A DNA stretch of 64,000 bases, taken from assembly GCA_013044265.1 (NCBI GenBank), contig JABEUQ010000093.1:31235-95234 (forward strand), written 5' to 3'. Position 1 is the first letter of the stretch; each line of letters starts with the position of its first letter. Positions 46,100 to 55,185 of the stretch are shown in pieces. Position numbers and translations under genes: made by a program. The notes below the pieces were generated by a model. It saw only the letters and a program-made list of their open reading frames with translations, made no database searches and had not been told where the DNA came from. The stretch comes from Acidimicrobiaceae bacterium. Lineage in GTDB: Bacteria; Actinomycetota; Acidimicrobiia; Acidimicrobiales; RAAP-2.

Positions 46100-47631
46100 T
46101 GTTCACCCTGCTCGAATATGTATTCATCGTTTTGACGTGGTGGGCCCGAATATCGCCGCGAACGCGCGCTCGCCGGGGGCACCGCACCGCGAAAGGGAAT
46201 CGATTCGTCATTAAGAACCCAGGTGTCTTTGGACCCTCCACCGCGCGACGAGTTGACAATCAACTCACCCGCGCCCAAGGCCACACGGGTCAGTCCTCCG
46301 GGTAGAACCCACACTTCCTCCCCGTTGTTCACCGCAAAGGGCCGCAGGTCGATGTGGCGCGGGACGATGGACTCGTCAACGAACGTCGGGTGAGTCGAGA
46401 GTGCAACCGGTCGCTGAGCGATGAAATTACGAGGCGCGGACGCCACTTCTTTGGCCAACGCCTTGAGTTCGGTCTTGGTCGCCTGGGGCCCAATCACGAT
46501 CCCCTTGCCACCCGAGCCGTCGACTGGCTTGACGACGTAGCGCTCGAGGTGACCCAAGACTTCAGCGCGTGCTTCGTCATCTTCGAGACGATGCGTTTCG
46601 ATGTTGTCGAGTAGGGGCTTCTCTCCCAAGTAGAAGCGAATGAATTCGGGAACAAAGGTGTAGACAAGTTTGTCATCGGCCACACCATTGCCGATACCGT
46701 TCGAAATGACCACATTGCCCGCACGCGCCGCGTTGACCAACCCCGCGACACCAATGACGGTGTCCGGACGAAACTGAAGGGGGTCAATCCAATCATCATC
46801 GACACGGCGGTAGATGACGTGCACCGCACGCTCTCCGTTTGTGGTGCGCATGTACACGTGATTCGAACGACACACCAGGTCGCGACCCTCAACCAGTTCC
46901 ACCCCCATCATCCGGGCCAGCAGCACGTGCTCGAAGTAGGCCGCATTGAAGACGCCGGGGCTCAGAACCACGATGACCGGGTCTTGGGCCTTGGCCGGTG
47001 CGGCCGCGAGTAGCGCCGCGAAGAGGCGCGAGGGGTAGGAGTCAACGGGATGAACCCGATGGTCGGAGAAAAGAGCGGAGAACGCCTGGGTCATCGCGCG
47101 ACGGTTCTCGATCACGTAACTCACTCCCGACGGAATTCGCACATTGTCTTCGAGAACGCAAAAGTTCCCATGCTCGTCTCGAATGAGGTCGATACCGGCC
47201 ACGGTGATGCGTACGCCATTGGGAGGGGTGATCCCGAAAGCCGCTCGGTTGAAGTGCGGACTCGAGGTGACCACTCGACGGGGCATGAGTCCCTCGTCAA
47301 AGATGCGACCTTCGCCGTAGATGTCCGCCAAGAACGCTTCGAGGGCCCGGACCCGCTGAGCGATGCCACGAGAGAGGCGATCCCACTCCAGGGCTCCGAG
47401 AATACGCGGCACCAGATCCAACGGGAAAGGCCGCTCCTCGCCGCTGTGGGCGAAAGTAACGCCGCGATCAATGAAGGTATGCGCGAGTTGTTCTGAGCGC
47501 AGGCGCAGTTCCTGGGGCTGATACGCATTGAGGTCGGCGAGGAGTCGTTCGTAGATGGGCCGGGGCTGACCAGGGGCGGAGAACATCTCATTCCATGCAC
47601 CCGACACATCGTCTTCGAAAACCACTCCCAT
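46096..47631 (-). CDS. Circularly permuted type 2 ATP-grasp protein
   Basis: FPLDLVPR, GIDLIRD, VLEDNVRIPSGVSY, AYFEH, DDKLVY, VKPVDGSGGKG, HIDLRPF, NSSRGGGSKDTWV. Confidence 0.95.
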   Translation of the reverse strand: MGVVFEDDVSGAWNEMFSAPGQPRPIYERLLADLNAYQPQELRLRSEQLAHTFIDRGVTFAHSGEERPFPLDLVPRILGALEWDRLSRGIAQRVRALEAFLADIYGEGRIFDEGLMPRRVVTSSPHFNRAAFGITPPNGVRITVAGIDLIRDEHGNFCVLEDNVRIPSGVSYVIENRRAMTQAFSALFSDHRVHPVDSYPSRLFAALLAAAPAKAQDPVIVVLSPGVFNAAYFEHVLLARMMGVELVEGRDLVCRSNHVYMRTTNGERAVHVIYRRVDDDWIDPLQFRPDTVIGVAGLVNAARAGNVVISNGIGNGVADDKLVYTFVPEFIRFYLGEKPLLDNIETHRLEDDEARAEVLGHLERYVVKPVDGSGGKGIVIGPQATKTELKALAKEVASAPRNFIAQRPVALSTHPTFVDESIVPRHIDLRPFAVNNGEEVWVLPGGLTRVALGAGELIVNSSRGGGSKDTWVLNDESIPFRGAVPPASARSRRYSGPPRQNDEYIFEQGEQ

Positions 47632-47637
47632 TCTCAC

Positions 47638-47691
47638 AACCTAGGACGGCTATGTGTCCGGAGTATTTCTAAGTAGTAACGGCGATGTAAC
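47638..47691 (-). promoter_or_regulatory. Leaderless promoter with a GlnR-box-like array
   Basis: Minus strand reads GTTAC-N6-GTTAC-N6-GAAAT-N6-GACAC (47691-47654), then -10 TAGGTT (47643-47638), 6 nt, ATG 47631. Confidence 0.6.
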
Positions 47692-47733
47692 CGCTACCCC
47701 ATTTTCCCTCACAACGGCGGGTAACTGCCCACT

Positions 47734-49224
47734 TCATTCAGAACCTCGCACGAGCGAATGGGAAATTGGGGTGCTGGCCAGGCTGAGTTGTAGAAATTGC
47801 TGGTAACGCTCCTCATAGATGGTCACGTTCTCAGAGTCGGGTGTGAATATCTCACCCAACTCTGAAGCCCCCTCGACGTAGGACCAGTCACTAATGAGTC
47901 CGATACTGATGCCGGCAATCACCGCGGCGCCGTAGGAGGCTCCAGGGTGCTCACTAATGGATATCAGGTCGTGATGCAAGATATCAGCGAGTATCTGTCG
48001 CCATAAGCGAGAACGCGACCCTGCACCAGAAACCCGTATGTCACCCAATACCAGCCCCCCTTGGGTGAAGACGTCGACGTGGGACTTGAAGCCGTAGGCG
48101 ACACCTTCGAGGAAGGAACGATGCAAATCACCCCGCGTCGTGCCCAGGTGCAGTCCGGCTATCACTCCACGCAATTCCGCGTCGTGCAGCGGCGTCGTCT
48201 CGCCAAGGAAGTACGGCAGCGACACCAGCGCGCCAGGTCGTGAGACACGGGCCTCCTCGTCGAGACGAGGGAGCGGCACCGCCTCGAAGAGACTCTGCTC
48301 CCAGCGCACTACCGAACCACTGGTCGCCATCGATCCGTTCGGCAACCACGTTCCAGGAATTGGGTACGCGTCGAGGTAGAGCCGTCGATCCAAGAACAAC
48401 TTCTGAGACATCGCGAAAATATCACCCGCATCCCCCAGCGTGATCAGGGCATCACCCGTAGTTACCAAACCAGTTGCGAACGCCGAAAGCACGTGCTCGG
48501 CCCCGCCGACCACGATTGGCGTCCCCAGTCGCAGTCCACTCGACGTCGCAGCTCGCGCGGATACTTCTCCTACGATCTCACCCGAGCGCATGACTGGTAA
48601 CAGCGCGGGCCAAGTGATATTCATTGCTGTGCGAATGGCATCGAGGGGACGCAGCTGCAGATCGTACAAGCCACTCTCGAGCGCCCAGTTCTGTTCCACG
48701 TAAAGAGATGCCCCGAATTGCCGAGAGAGCCAGTCACTCGATCCCTGCACGAATGCCGTGCGCGACCAGATCTCCGGCTCATTTCTCGATAACCACAGAA
48801 TCGTCGGGGCGACCGATTGTTGCGACAGAACCGAACCGGTGAGTGCCAGGAGATTAAGGTGCCCCAAGGTTCGCTCGAGCTCACGGGTCTCCTGAGAGGC
48901 CCGCACGTCGTTCTGGAGAATCACGCGTCGCAACGGCGTCCCGTCGGCGTCACAAACGACCACTGCGGGCGTGGTCCCCGAGACCGAGAGCGCCACCACG
49001 TCTGCACCGGATGCGCCAGCATCGTGCAACAAATTCGCAATCACCTCGCAAGTCACTTGCCACCACGTCTGCGCATCGACCTCGGCCCAGCCCGCGACAT
49101 CTCGACGGGGCCCAACATTGTGCGAAGTACAAGCGACGATGCCTCGATCGGGGCTAACCAGCGTGCCCGTCACGCACGATGGACCCAAGTCGATACCGAG
49201 CAGGAGTGAGCCGGTGTCAGACAT
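47734..49224 (-). CDS. FGGY-family carbohydrate kinase (xylulokinase-like)
   Basis: LLLGIDLG, ILQNDVRA, LPYFLGE, SFLEGVAY, GAGSRS; start moved to ATG 49224. Confidence 0.9.
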   Translation of the reverse strand: MSDTGSLLLGIDLGPSCVTGTLVSPDRGIVACTSHNVGPRRDVAGWAEVDAQTWWQVTCEVIANLLHDAGASGADVVALSVSGTTPAVVVCDADGTPLRRVILQNDVRASQETRELERTLGHLNLLALTGSVLSQQSVAPTILWLSRNEPEIWSRTAFVQGSSDWLSRQFGASLYVEQNWALESGLYDLQLRPLDAIRTAMNITWPALLPVMRSGEIVGEVSARAATSSGLRLGTPIVVGGAEHVLSAFATGLVTTGDALITLGDAGDIFAMSQKLFLDRRLYLDAYPIPGTWLPNGSMATSGSVVRWEQSLFEAVPLPRLDEEARVSRPGALVSLPYFLGETTPLHDAELRGVIAGLHLGTTRGDLHRSFLEGVAYGFKSHVDVFTQGGLVLGDIRVSGAGSRSRLWRQILADILHHDLISISEHPGASYGAAVIAGISIGLISDWSYVEGASELGEIFTPDSENVTIYEERYQQFLQLSLASTPISHSLVRGSE

Positions 49225-49352
49225 TCTGCCCGACTTCGCTACGGCCCCGGTCACCTCCAGGGTCATCTTCGCTCCAGCCAAAGATGTCGCGGCGCTGACG
49301 CGCTCGAGGACTCTGGGTTGGATCCGTCACGGCTCGAGCGCTCACGGCGACA

Positions 49353-49720
49353 TTACGGTTTCCGGACGCCCCTACAAAAACTGTCATTGTGAGACCTCGT
49401 CTCAGTCGCGAATGTCCCCGACACGTCCGAAGCGTAGTGTGTACCGGCGCCAGCATCGCGGTAACTCTCGTTGAGCGAAGAATTGCCCGGCGCGACAACT
49501 CGCCCGTCAATCGAGACGCCCGCGAAACCCACACCAACATCAACACCTCCACTCTCGTTGGCGACACGAGAGACGGCGACACTCAACCGCGAGAGAGGAC
49601 GGGGATTCACCGTTTCGATGTGAATCGCGTCTTTCAACCACTCACCCGCGCATCAACGGTACAGAACTCAATGAACGTCGCTCCGTTGCCAACGACGAGA
49701 ACACTCTGAGGTCGACGACG
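49353..49720 (-). pseudogene. Possible eroded SIS/GmhA-like sugar isomerase
   Basis: VLVVGNG, then after a frame change SRVANESG and VVAPGNS, at spacings like GmhA CGNGGS/TAxxND/STSGNS; stop codon present, no start. Confidence 0.35.
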
Positions 49721-49805
49721 CTCGACTCCGCAATGGGCGAAGCGTGCTCAACACGGGTCAAGCGATACCATCGGTAGCCGTCGCATCACCAACCGAGGAG
49801 GGTTC

Positions 49806-50990
49806 GTGTCATCTCCGTCTACGCCCTCGTCCCCACAAGCGACCACCCAGGTCGAGTTGACCACGCTGGCCCTCGGCAATCTCACGGGCGTCTTCATCCT
49901 CATTGGCGCGATATCTTCACTCTTTGGACCACTCCTCGTGACGTTCACTCACCACTTCTCCATCTCACTTGCCCGAGCCGGAGAGGTTCTGAGTATCTAT
50001 TTCATTGGCGCACTGATTGGGGTGGTGCCGGGCTGGTGGGGGCTGAAGCACACCACTGGTCGCAAGGTTTTGACAGTCTCACTCATCACGGTGGCGGCGG
50101 GTACGCTCTGCTCCGGACTCGTGCACTCATGGCTGATCTTCCTAGCGAGCATCTTCCTCCTCGGGTTGGGATTCGGTTCACTCGATATGGGTCTGAACGT
50201 ATTGCTCTCACGTACCGCAGTCGAGGGTCGCGCGCACCGGCTCAGCTTCGTCAATGCGGGCTACGGCCTGGGCGCGGTTATCTGTCCGTTGCTCTTGGTG
50301 GTGGTGCACCCGGGCAATTTTCCCGCGGTGTTCGTCGCCATCTCGATCATTGCACTCCTTCTCACCACCTTCAACAGCGGCGTACACGCTCCCGCCCTAA
50401 AGGCCGAGTCCCTCCAAAGCCAGATCAGCGCTCGCAGGGCCCAGCGTTGGCCCATTCTGCTCTCCTTTATTGCGGCCTACATCTTCTACGTGGCCCTGGA
50501 GACGAGCGCATCGGGCTGGATATCCTCGCAACTCCAGCGTGGTGGCTACTCGGCGTCACTGGGCAGTTTCATCACCGCCGCCTTTTGGATGGGGATGACC
50601 ATCGGACGCAGTCTGGGAGGGACGCTGCATCGAATCTTCAACGAGCGCAAACTCATCCTGGGTGGATTAGTTCTAGCTATTTTTGCCGACCTCGGCGCAA
50701 CGTCGAATCACCTAGCTCTCGTGACGTACCCACTGCTTGGTCTGATCTTGGCGACAGTCTTTCCAATGGGACTGATGTGGTACACCCGACTCCTACCCCA
50801 CGACAGCGATGGCATCTCACTCATTTTGTTCGCGATGATGGCCGGCGGCGTGATCGGCCCAGGTGGCGTGAGCCTGCTGGTGTCACACTTCGGCGTTCAC
50901 GTCATCCCCTACACCTTCGCGGGTTTGGCACTCATCGACGTCGCCCTCTTCGCCAGTATCTTGCGCTTCCAACCAGTCGAACTGACCTGA
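49806..50990 (+). CDS. MFS transporter (FucP/YbfB-like sugar family)
   Basis: 12 TM segments, GSLDMGLN, GYGLGAVI, FWMGMTIGR; GAGGAG RBS. Confidence 0.85.
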   Translation: MSSPSTPSSPQATTQVELTTLALGNLTGVFILIGAISSLFGPLLVTFTHHFSISLARAGEVLSIYFIGALIGVVPGWWGLKHTTGRKVLTVSLITVAAGTLCSGLVHSWLIFLASIFLLGLGFGSLDMGLNVLLSRTAVEGRAHRLSFVNAGYGLGAVICPLLLVVVHPGNFPAVFVAISIIALLLTTFNSGVHAPALKAESLQSQISARRAQRWPILLSFIAAYIFYVALETSASGWISSQLQRGGYSASLGSFITAAFWMGMTIGRSLGGTLHRIFNERKLILGGLVLAIFADLGATSNHLALVTYPLLGLILATVFPMGLMWYTRLLPHDSDGISLILFAMMAGGVIGPGGVSLLVSHFGVHVIPYTFAGLALIDVALFASILRFQPVELT

Positions 50991-51020
50991 TGCGGTCCGC
51001 CCGACGGGCGGACCGCATCA
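50988..51020. terminator. Perfect 16-1-16 hairpin between convergent genes (bidirectional terminator)
   Basis: TGATGCGGTCCGCCCG-A-CGGGCGGACCGCATCA. Confidence 0.8.
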
Positions 51021-51024
51021 CGCA

Positions 51025-52518
51025 CTACAGGTTCTGCTGAATCTCCACGAGGATGGCGTGGCGGTCCTCCTTAGAGGGCATCTTGAAGTATGGGGCCTTC
51101 TTGTACCAGTACCAGACCATCGGGACCAGACCCAGAGCCATCGAACCCAGACCGACGACCTTGGTCGTGGTGTTCAAACCGGGAATGACCTTGAAGAAGA
51201 CGACGGTCATAAAGATGGCACCGAGTAAGGGCCACAGTCCCATGAAGATGAAGTTCTTCACCGACTTAAAGAGTTGGCGACGGTACAACACGATGACCGA
51301 GAAGCCCGCCAGTGCGTAATAGATGCAGATCTGAATACCAATCGCCGAGTAACCGTCTTGGAGGATGTTGTACACCGATCCGATGTACTGAGAGCCCACG
51401 AAGAGTGCCAACGAAATGACCGTCACCACCACTGTCGCGACCATGGGAGTGCGACGCGTCGAGTGCACGTGACCGAGTGCCGCGGGCAGCGTCTTATCAC
51501 GACCCATCGAGAACATCGTGCGCGTGACTTGGATCAGCGTCGTTTCGAGAGTGGCAATTGTTGACAAGAGCACCGCAACAACGATGAGCTTGCCGAACCA
51601 CCCCGGTGCCACTAGTTGACCGAGGCGCGCCAAGATATCGGCCGAGTAGGCGGAGTTCGCACCCATGTCCTTGGCCGGAATCACCATCGTTGAACCAACG
51701 GTGAAAACTTCGAACAGTAAGAACACCACGATGGTACCGAGGATGCCGCCCATGCCCGACGTCGACGTCGGCGCCTTCTTCTGGGTGGCGCCCTCACCGA
51801 CCTTGGTCTCCTCGTTCAAGTTGGCCGTAACGTCCCAACCCCAGTAGTAGAAGGCTGAGAGCAGTGCTCCCGCGAAGAACGTGTTCCCCGAGGACGACTT
51901 AAAGACGTTGGGCGAGAACCAGCTCCACGAAAAGGGAGCCCCCAACTTGTGCGAATGGAATATAGCGAGCCCGGCGAAGAGGATGAGGAAGGCGATCTCA
52001 ATACAAGACATGATGATCTGCACCTTCACCGTCACAGTCACGCCCGCCGCGACCGCCCACACCATGGCCAAGAAGAAGGCGGCCCCGAGAATGGTGATCA
52101 ATGTCTTATTCGACGCCAGCGAAGGACGGAAGATGTCCAGGACGTTCGAGCCAGCTGGGAAGGTGGCGATCACCATGAAGATGAGCGCCGAAACAATGAG
52201 CGCCCAACCAGCCATGTAGCCCAGGAAGGGGTGCAGTGCACGACGCACCCACGAGTAGGTCGCTCCCGCACTCGAGTCGGATTTCGAGAGGTAGTTGAAC
52301 GCGAAGACGATACCGAACATGAAGAATCCGCAGTAGAGGAGTGACGCCGCTCCGCCAACGCCCACCGCGGCGAAGAGGAACAGTGTCGTGGCCGATATCG
52401 AATACGCGGGAGCGGATCCGGCGATGCCCATGATCGCGGAGTCGAAGAGTCCGAGAACCCCCGACTTCAGTGAATGCTCGGACGTACCCGATGCGCTTGG
52501 TGTAACGGTGCCAGACAC
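51025..52518 (-). CDS. APC-family amino acid/amine permease
   Basis: GSAPAYS, AGATYSWV, YWGWDVTANLNEET, RTMFSMGRD, 12 TM segments. Confidence 0.92.
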   Translation of the reverse strand: MSGTVTPSASGTSEHSLKSGVLGLFDSAIMGIAGSAPAYSISATTLFLFAAVGVGGAASLLYCGFFMFGIVFAFNYLSKSDSSAGATYSWVRRALHPFLGYMAGWALIVSALIFMVIATFPAGSNVLDIFRPSLASNKTLITILGAAFFLAMVWAVAAGVTVTVKVQIIMSCIEIAFLILFAGLAIFHSHKLGAPFSWSWFSPNVFKSSSGNTFFAGALLSAFYYWGWDVTANLNEETKVGEGATQKKAPTSTSGMGGILGTIVVFLLFEVFTVGSTMVIPAKDMGANSAYSADILARLGQLVAPGWFGKLIVVAVLLSTIATLETTLIQVTRTMFSMGRDKTLPAALGHVHSTRRTPMVATVVVTVISLALFVGSQYIGSVYNILQDGYSAIGIQICIYYALAGFSVIVLYRRQLFKSVKNFIFMGLWPLLGAIFMTVVFFKVIPGLNTTTKVVGLGSMALGLVPMVWYWYKKAPYFKMPSKEDRHAILVEIQQNL

Positions 52519-52719
52519 GACAACCTCTTTCTTGTGGATATCACCTTCAATTAGGAATTACTCAAATATCGGATTCAACCTAGCCTGCGCCACGGGGTCG
52601 CGCTGGCCAATTTGGTTTCGTCCGAGTGAAGTCCGCTCCCCTCGCTAATTAACAACGCCGCGGTCTAGTAAAATTCTGTAGATTCGGACCTCAGCCGAAC
52701 TATTCAGCGAAAGGTCGTC

Positions 52720-54360
52720 GTGCCAGCATTTGAACGCTTCGATCTCAATGGTCGTGCCGCGACACCGCGCGAAATCGCCCGGCGGTGGCGTGATTTCCAC
52801 CACGCCGTTCGCCAAGTGTCCTCGAGCAGATTTGCGCGTATCGTCGGACCGATGCTGGGTGATGACACCTGGCGACGACGACTAGCCGAGCAGGTGCGTC
52901 CCAACACTCAGGCACCGACTCCGGTCCCGGTCGCTTCAGTGCGCACCTTCCCCCTGAACTACGCCCCGGCCGCGCTACCCGTGAGTGACCAATCAGGCCA
53001 AGTCGCCGAGAATGTCGAATTCATCGTGCTCGACACGCACGATCCCGCAGAACTTCTAGAAAAGTTTCGCGTGGCCCTGTCGTCGAGTAAGGAGTGGCTC
53101 ATGGTGACTTGCGACACCGACGAATCCTCGCGTCGCGCCGGCGCCGCGGCACTCTACGCCCAGCGCGCAGAGGCCGACGTCATCTTCGCCGACGAGGTCG
53201 GTGACCATGACACGATTCCGATCCTCAAATCGCCCGTCGTGGGTCCGCACACATTACTGAGCTACAACCTCATTGGCCGTCCCGCATTACTGCGTCGCGC
53301 GTCAGTACTTCGAGAAGGCGGACTGCGCGCTGAGACCGGCCGTGCTGCCGAACACGATCTCTACTTACGACTAATAGAGTCGCGAGCAACTTTTCAGCAC
53401 GTCCCGATCGTTTTGCCCGGCCGTACCGCGCACGAACGTCACCATGATGCCCTGGTCAACGACACGAAACGCATCGTCACCGAAGCGCTGCGGCGCCGTG
53501 GTATTGCCGCGCACGTATCGCCGACTTCGAGACCTTCGGTGGTGACCTGGTCTCCGCTACCCGCTTCGTGGCCATCGATTGACGTCATCATCCCCACCCG
53601 CGACCGGGTGGACTTACTGCGCCAGTGCATCAATTCAGTCGAAGCTAGTTCCTACGAGAATTTCGTTATCACGATCTTGAACAATGGATCAATTGAAGCG
53701 GCCACGCTCGAATTCTTCGCCAGCACTCCCCATCGAGTCATTGACTGTCCCGGTCCTTTCAACTACGCCGCCATCATCAATCGCGGTGTCGCGCACTCCC
53801 ACGCGGACTATGTCGTCACACTCAACAACGACACTGTTGTGCGCTCCAAAGATTGGCTCGAACAGTTAGTCGGCGTCGCTTCTCTCGACGACGTGAGCAT
53901 TGTGGGCGCAACCCTGCTCGACCACGACGACGTGCACGAGCACGATGCGATCATCATTGCTCCCTACCCCCAACACTTGCGCCGCGGAGTCAACTACCTC
54001 GTCGAAGATGAGTCGGTACTCGCACGACGCGACGTGTCAGCAGTCACCGGTGCAGTCCAAATGATCGCCCGCACGCAGTACCTCGAACTCACCGGGATGG
54101 ACGAGAAGCTCGCCGTCGTCATGAATGACGTCGACCTGTGTCTGCGCAGTCAATCCGACGGACGCCACGTGGTGATGTTGCCCGATGTCGTGCTATCTCA
54201 TTTCGCGGGCTCGACGCGTGGGCGTCTTGACCCCCTGAGTGACCGTAACTATTTCGTTCGACGTTGGGACGTTTTTGGCACCCTTAAAGACCCGTATTTC
54301 CCCGAATCCCTGCGCCTATACGGTACGACCATGCAGTACCACTCGGTGGTGCCAAACTGA
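52720..54360 (+). CDS. Family 2 glycosyltransferase with a degenerate N-terminal and an intact C-terminal GT-A domain
   Basis: VIIPTRDR, NNGS, FNYAAIIN.G, TLNNDT, AVTGA, NDVDLCLR, H..GSTRG. Confidence 0.85.
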   Translation: MPAFERFDLNGRAATPREIARRWRDFHHAVRQVSSSRFARIVGPMLGDDTWRRRLAEQVRPNTQAPTPVPVASVRTFPLNYAPAALPVSDQSGQVAENVEFIVLDTHDPAELLEKFRVALSSSKEWLMVTCDTDESSRRAGAAALYAQRAEADVIFADEVGDHDTIPILKSPVVGPHTLLSYNLIGRPALLRRASVLREGGLRAETGRAAEHDLYLRLIESRATFQHVPIVLPGRTAHERHHDALVNDTKRIVTEALRRRGIAAHVSPTSRPSVVTWSPLPASWPSIDVIIPTRDRVDLLRQCINSVEASSYENFVITILNNGSIEAATLEFFASTPHRVIDCPGPFNYAAIINRGVAHSHADYVVTLNNDTVVRSKDWLEQLVGVASLDDVSIVGATLLDHDDVHEHDAIIIAPYPQHLRRGVNYLVEDESVLARRDVSAVTGAVQMIARTQYLELTGMDEKLAVVMNDVDLCLRSQSDGRHVVMLPDVVLSHFAGSTRGRLDPLSDRNYFVRRWDVFGTLKDPYFPESLRLYGTTMQYHSVVPN

Positions 54361-54365
54361 ACCAT

Positions 54366-55148
54366 ATGAGCAATCCTCTCGACGAGCTGGACCTTACCCA
54401 GACCCTGTCGGCACTCGAGTCCGAGAAGCGCGTCGCTGCGGCCCAGAAGCGTCTCTTACACCTACGCCTCTTCAGTGCCGGTCTCCTCGGACCCGCCCCG
54501 CACGCGCCCGGCCTCCTTGTGCTCTTCGAAGGTTTTGACGCCGCTGGTAAGGGCGGGGCAATTCGTCGTTTGACGTCGGGGCTCGATCCGCGCCACGTTC
54601 GCGTCGTGCCCATCTCCACTCCGTCCCCGGAAGAACTTCGTCACCACTTCCTCTGGCGCTTTTCTCCATCGCTGCCGGGCCAGGGCGCGATGACCGTGTA
54701 CGACCGCTCCTGGTACGGGCGCCTCCTCGTAGAGCGTGTCGATCAGCTCATCGGCGAAGATGACGTGCGTCGTTCGGCCCAGGAGATCGTCCAATGGGAA
54801 GAAGCGCTGGTCAATGATGGCCTGACGATCGTCAAGTTTTGGATGCACATCTCCGAGGAAGAGCAACTACGCAGATTCAATGATCGTGCTAGTACTCCTT
54901 CCAAACAATGGAAACTCACCGAGGAGGACTGGCACAATCGTTCACTTCGTCCTCAGTACTTGCGCGCGCTCAAGGACATGATCAACTGGACCGACCATTC
55001 ACACGCCCATTGGGACCTCGTCGCGGGCGAGGACAAACGCTTTGCACGGGCCTACGTGCTCGAAACGCTGATTCAGCGCTGGGAGCATGACCTCGAGCGG
55101 CGTGGATTCAAGGTCCCGCCCTCGCACGGGACGAATTATTTGGCGTAA
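54366..55148 (+). CDS. ppk2: Single-domain polyphosphate kinase 2 (class II-like motifs)
   Basis: Walker A FEGFDAAGKGG, HFLWRF, DRSWYGRLLVERV, KFWMHIS, WKLTEEDW. Confidence 0.92.
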   Translation: MSNPLDELDLTQTLSALESEKRVAAAQKRLLHLRLFSAGLLGPAPHAPGLLVLFEGFDAAGKGGAIRRLTSGLDPRHVRVVPISTPSPEELRHHFLWRFSPSLPGQGAMTVYDRSWYGRLLVERVDQLIGEDDVRRSAQEIVQWEEALVNDGLTIVKFWMHISEEEQLRRFNDRASTPSKQWKLTEEDWHNRSLRPQYLRALKDMINWTDHSHAHWDLVAGEDKRFARAYVLETLIQRWEHDLERRGFKVPPSHGTNYLA

Positions 55149-55185
55149 GACCCCGTGTCTCTAGACTCGTTGTAGCGATGGGAGC

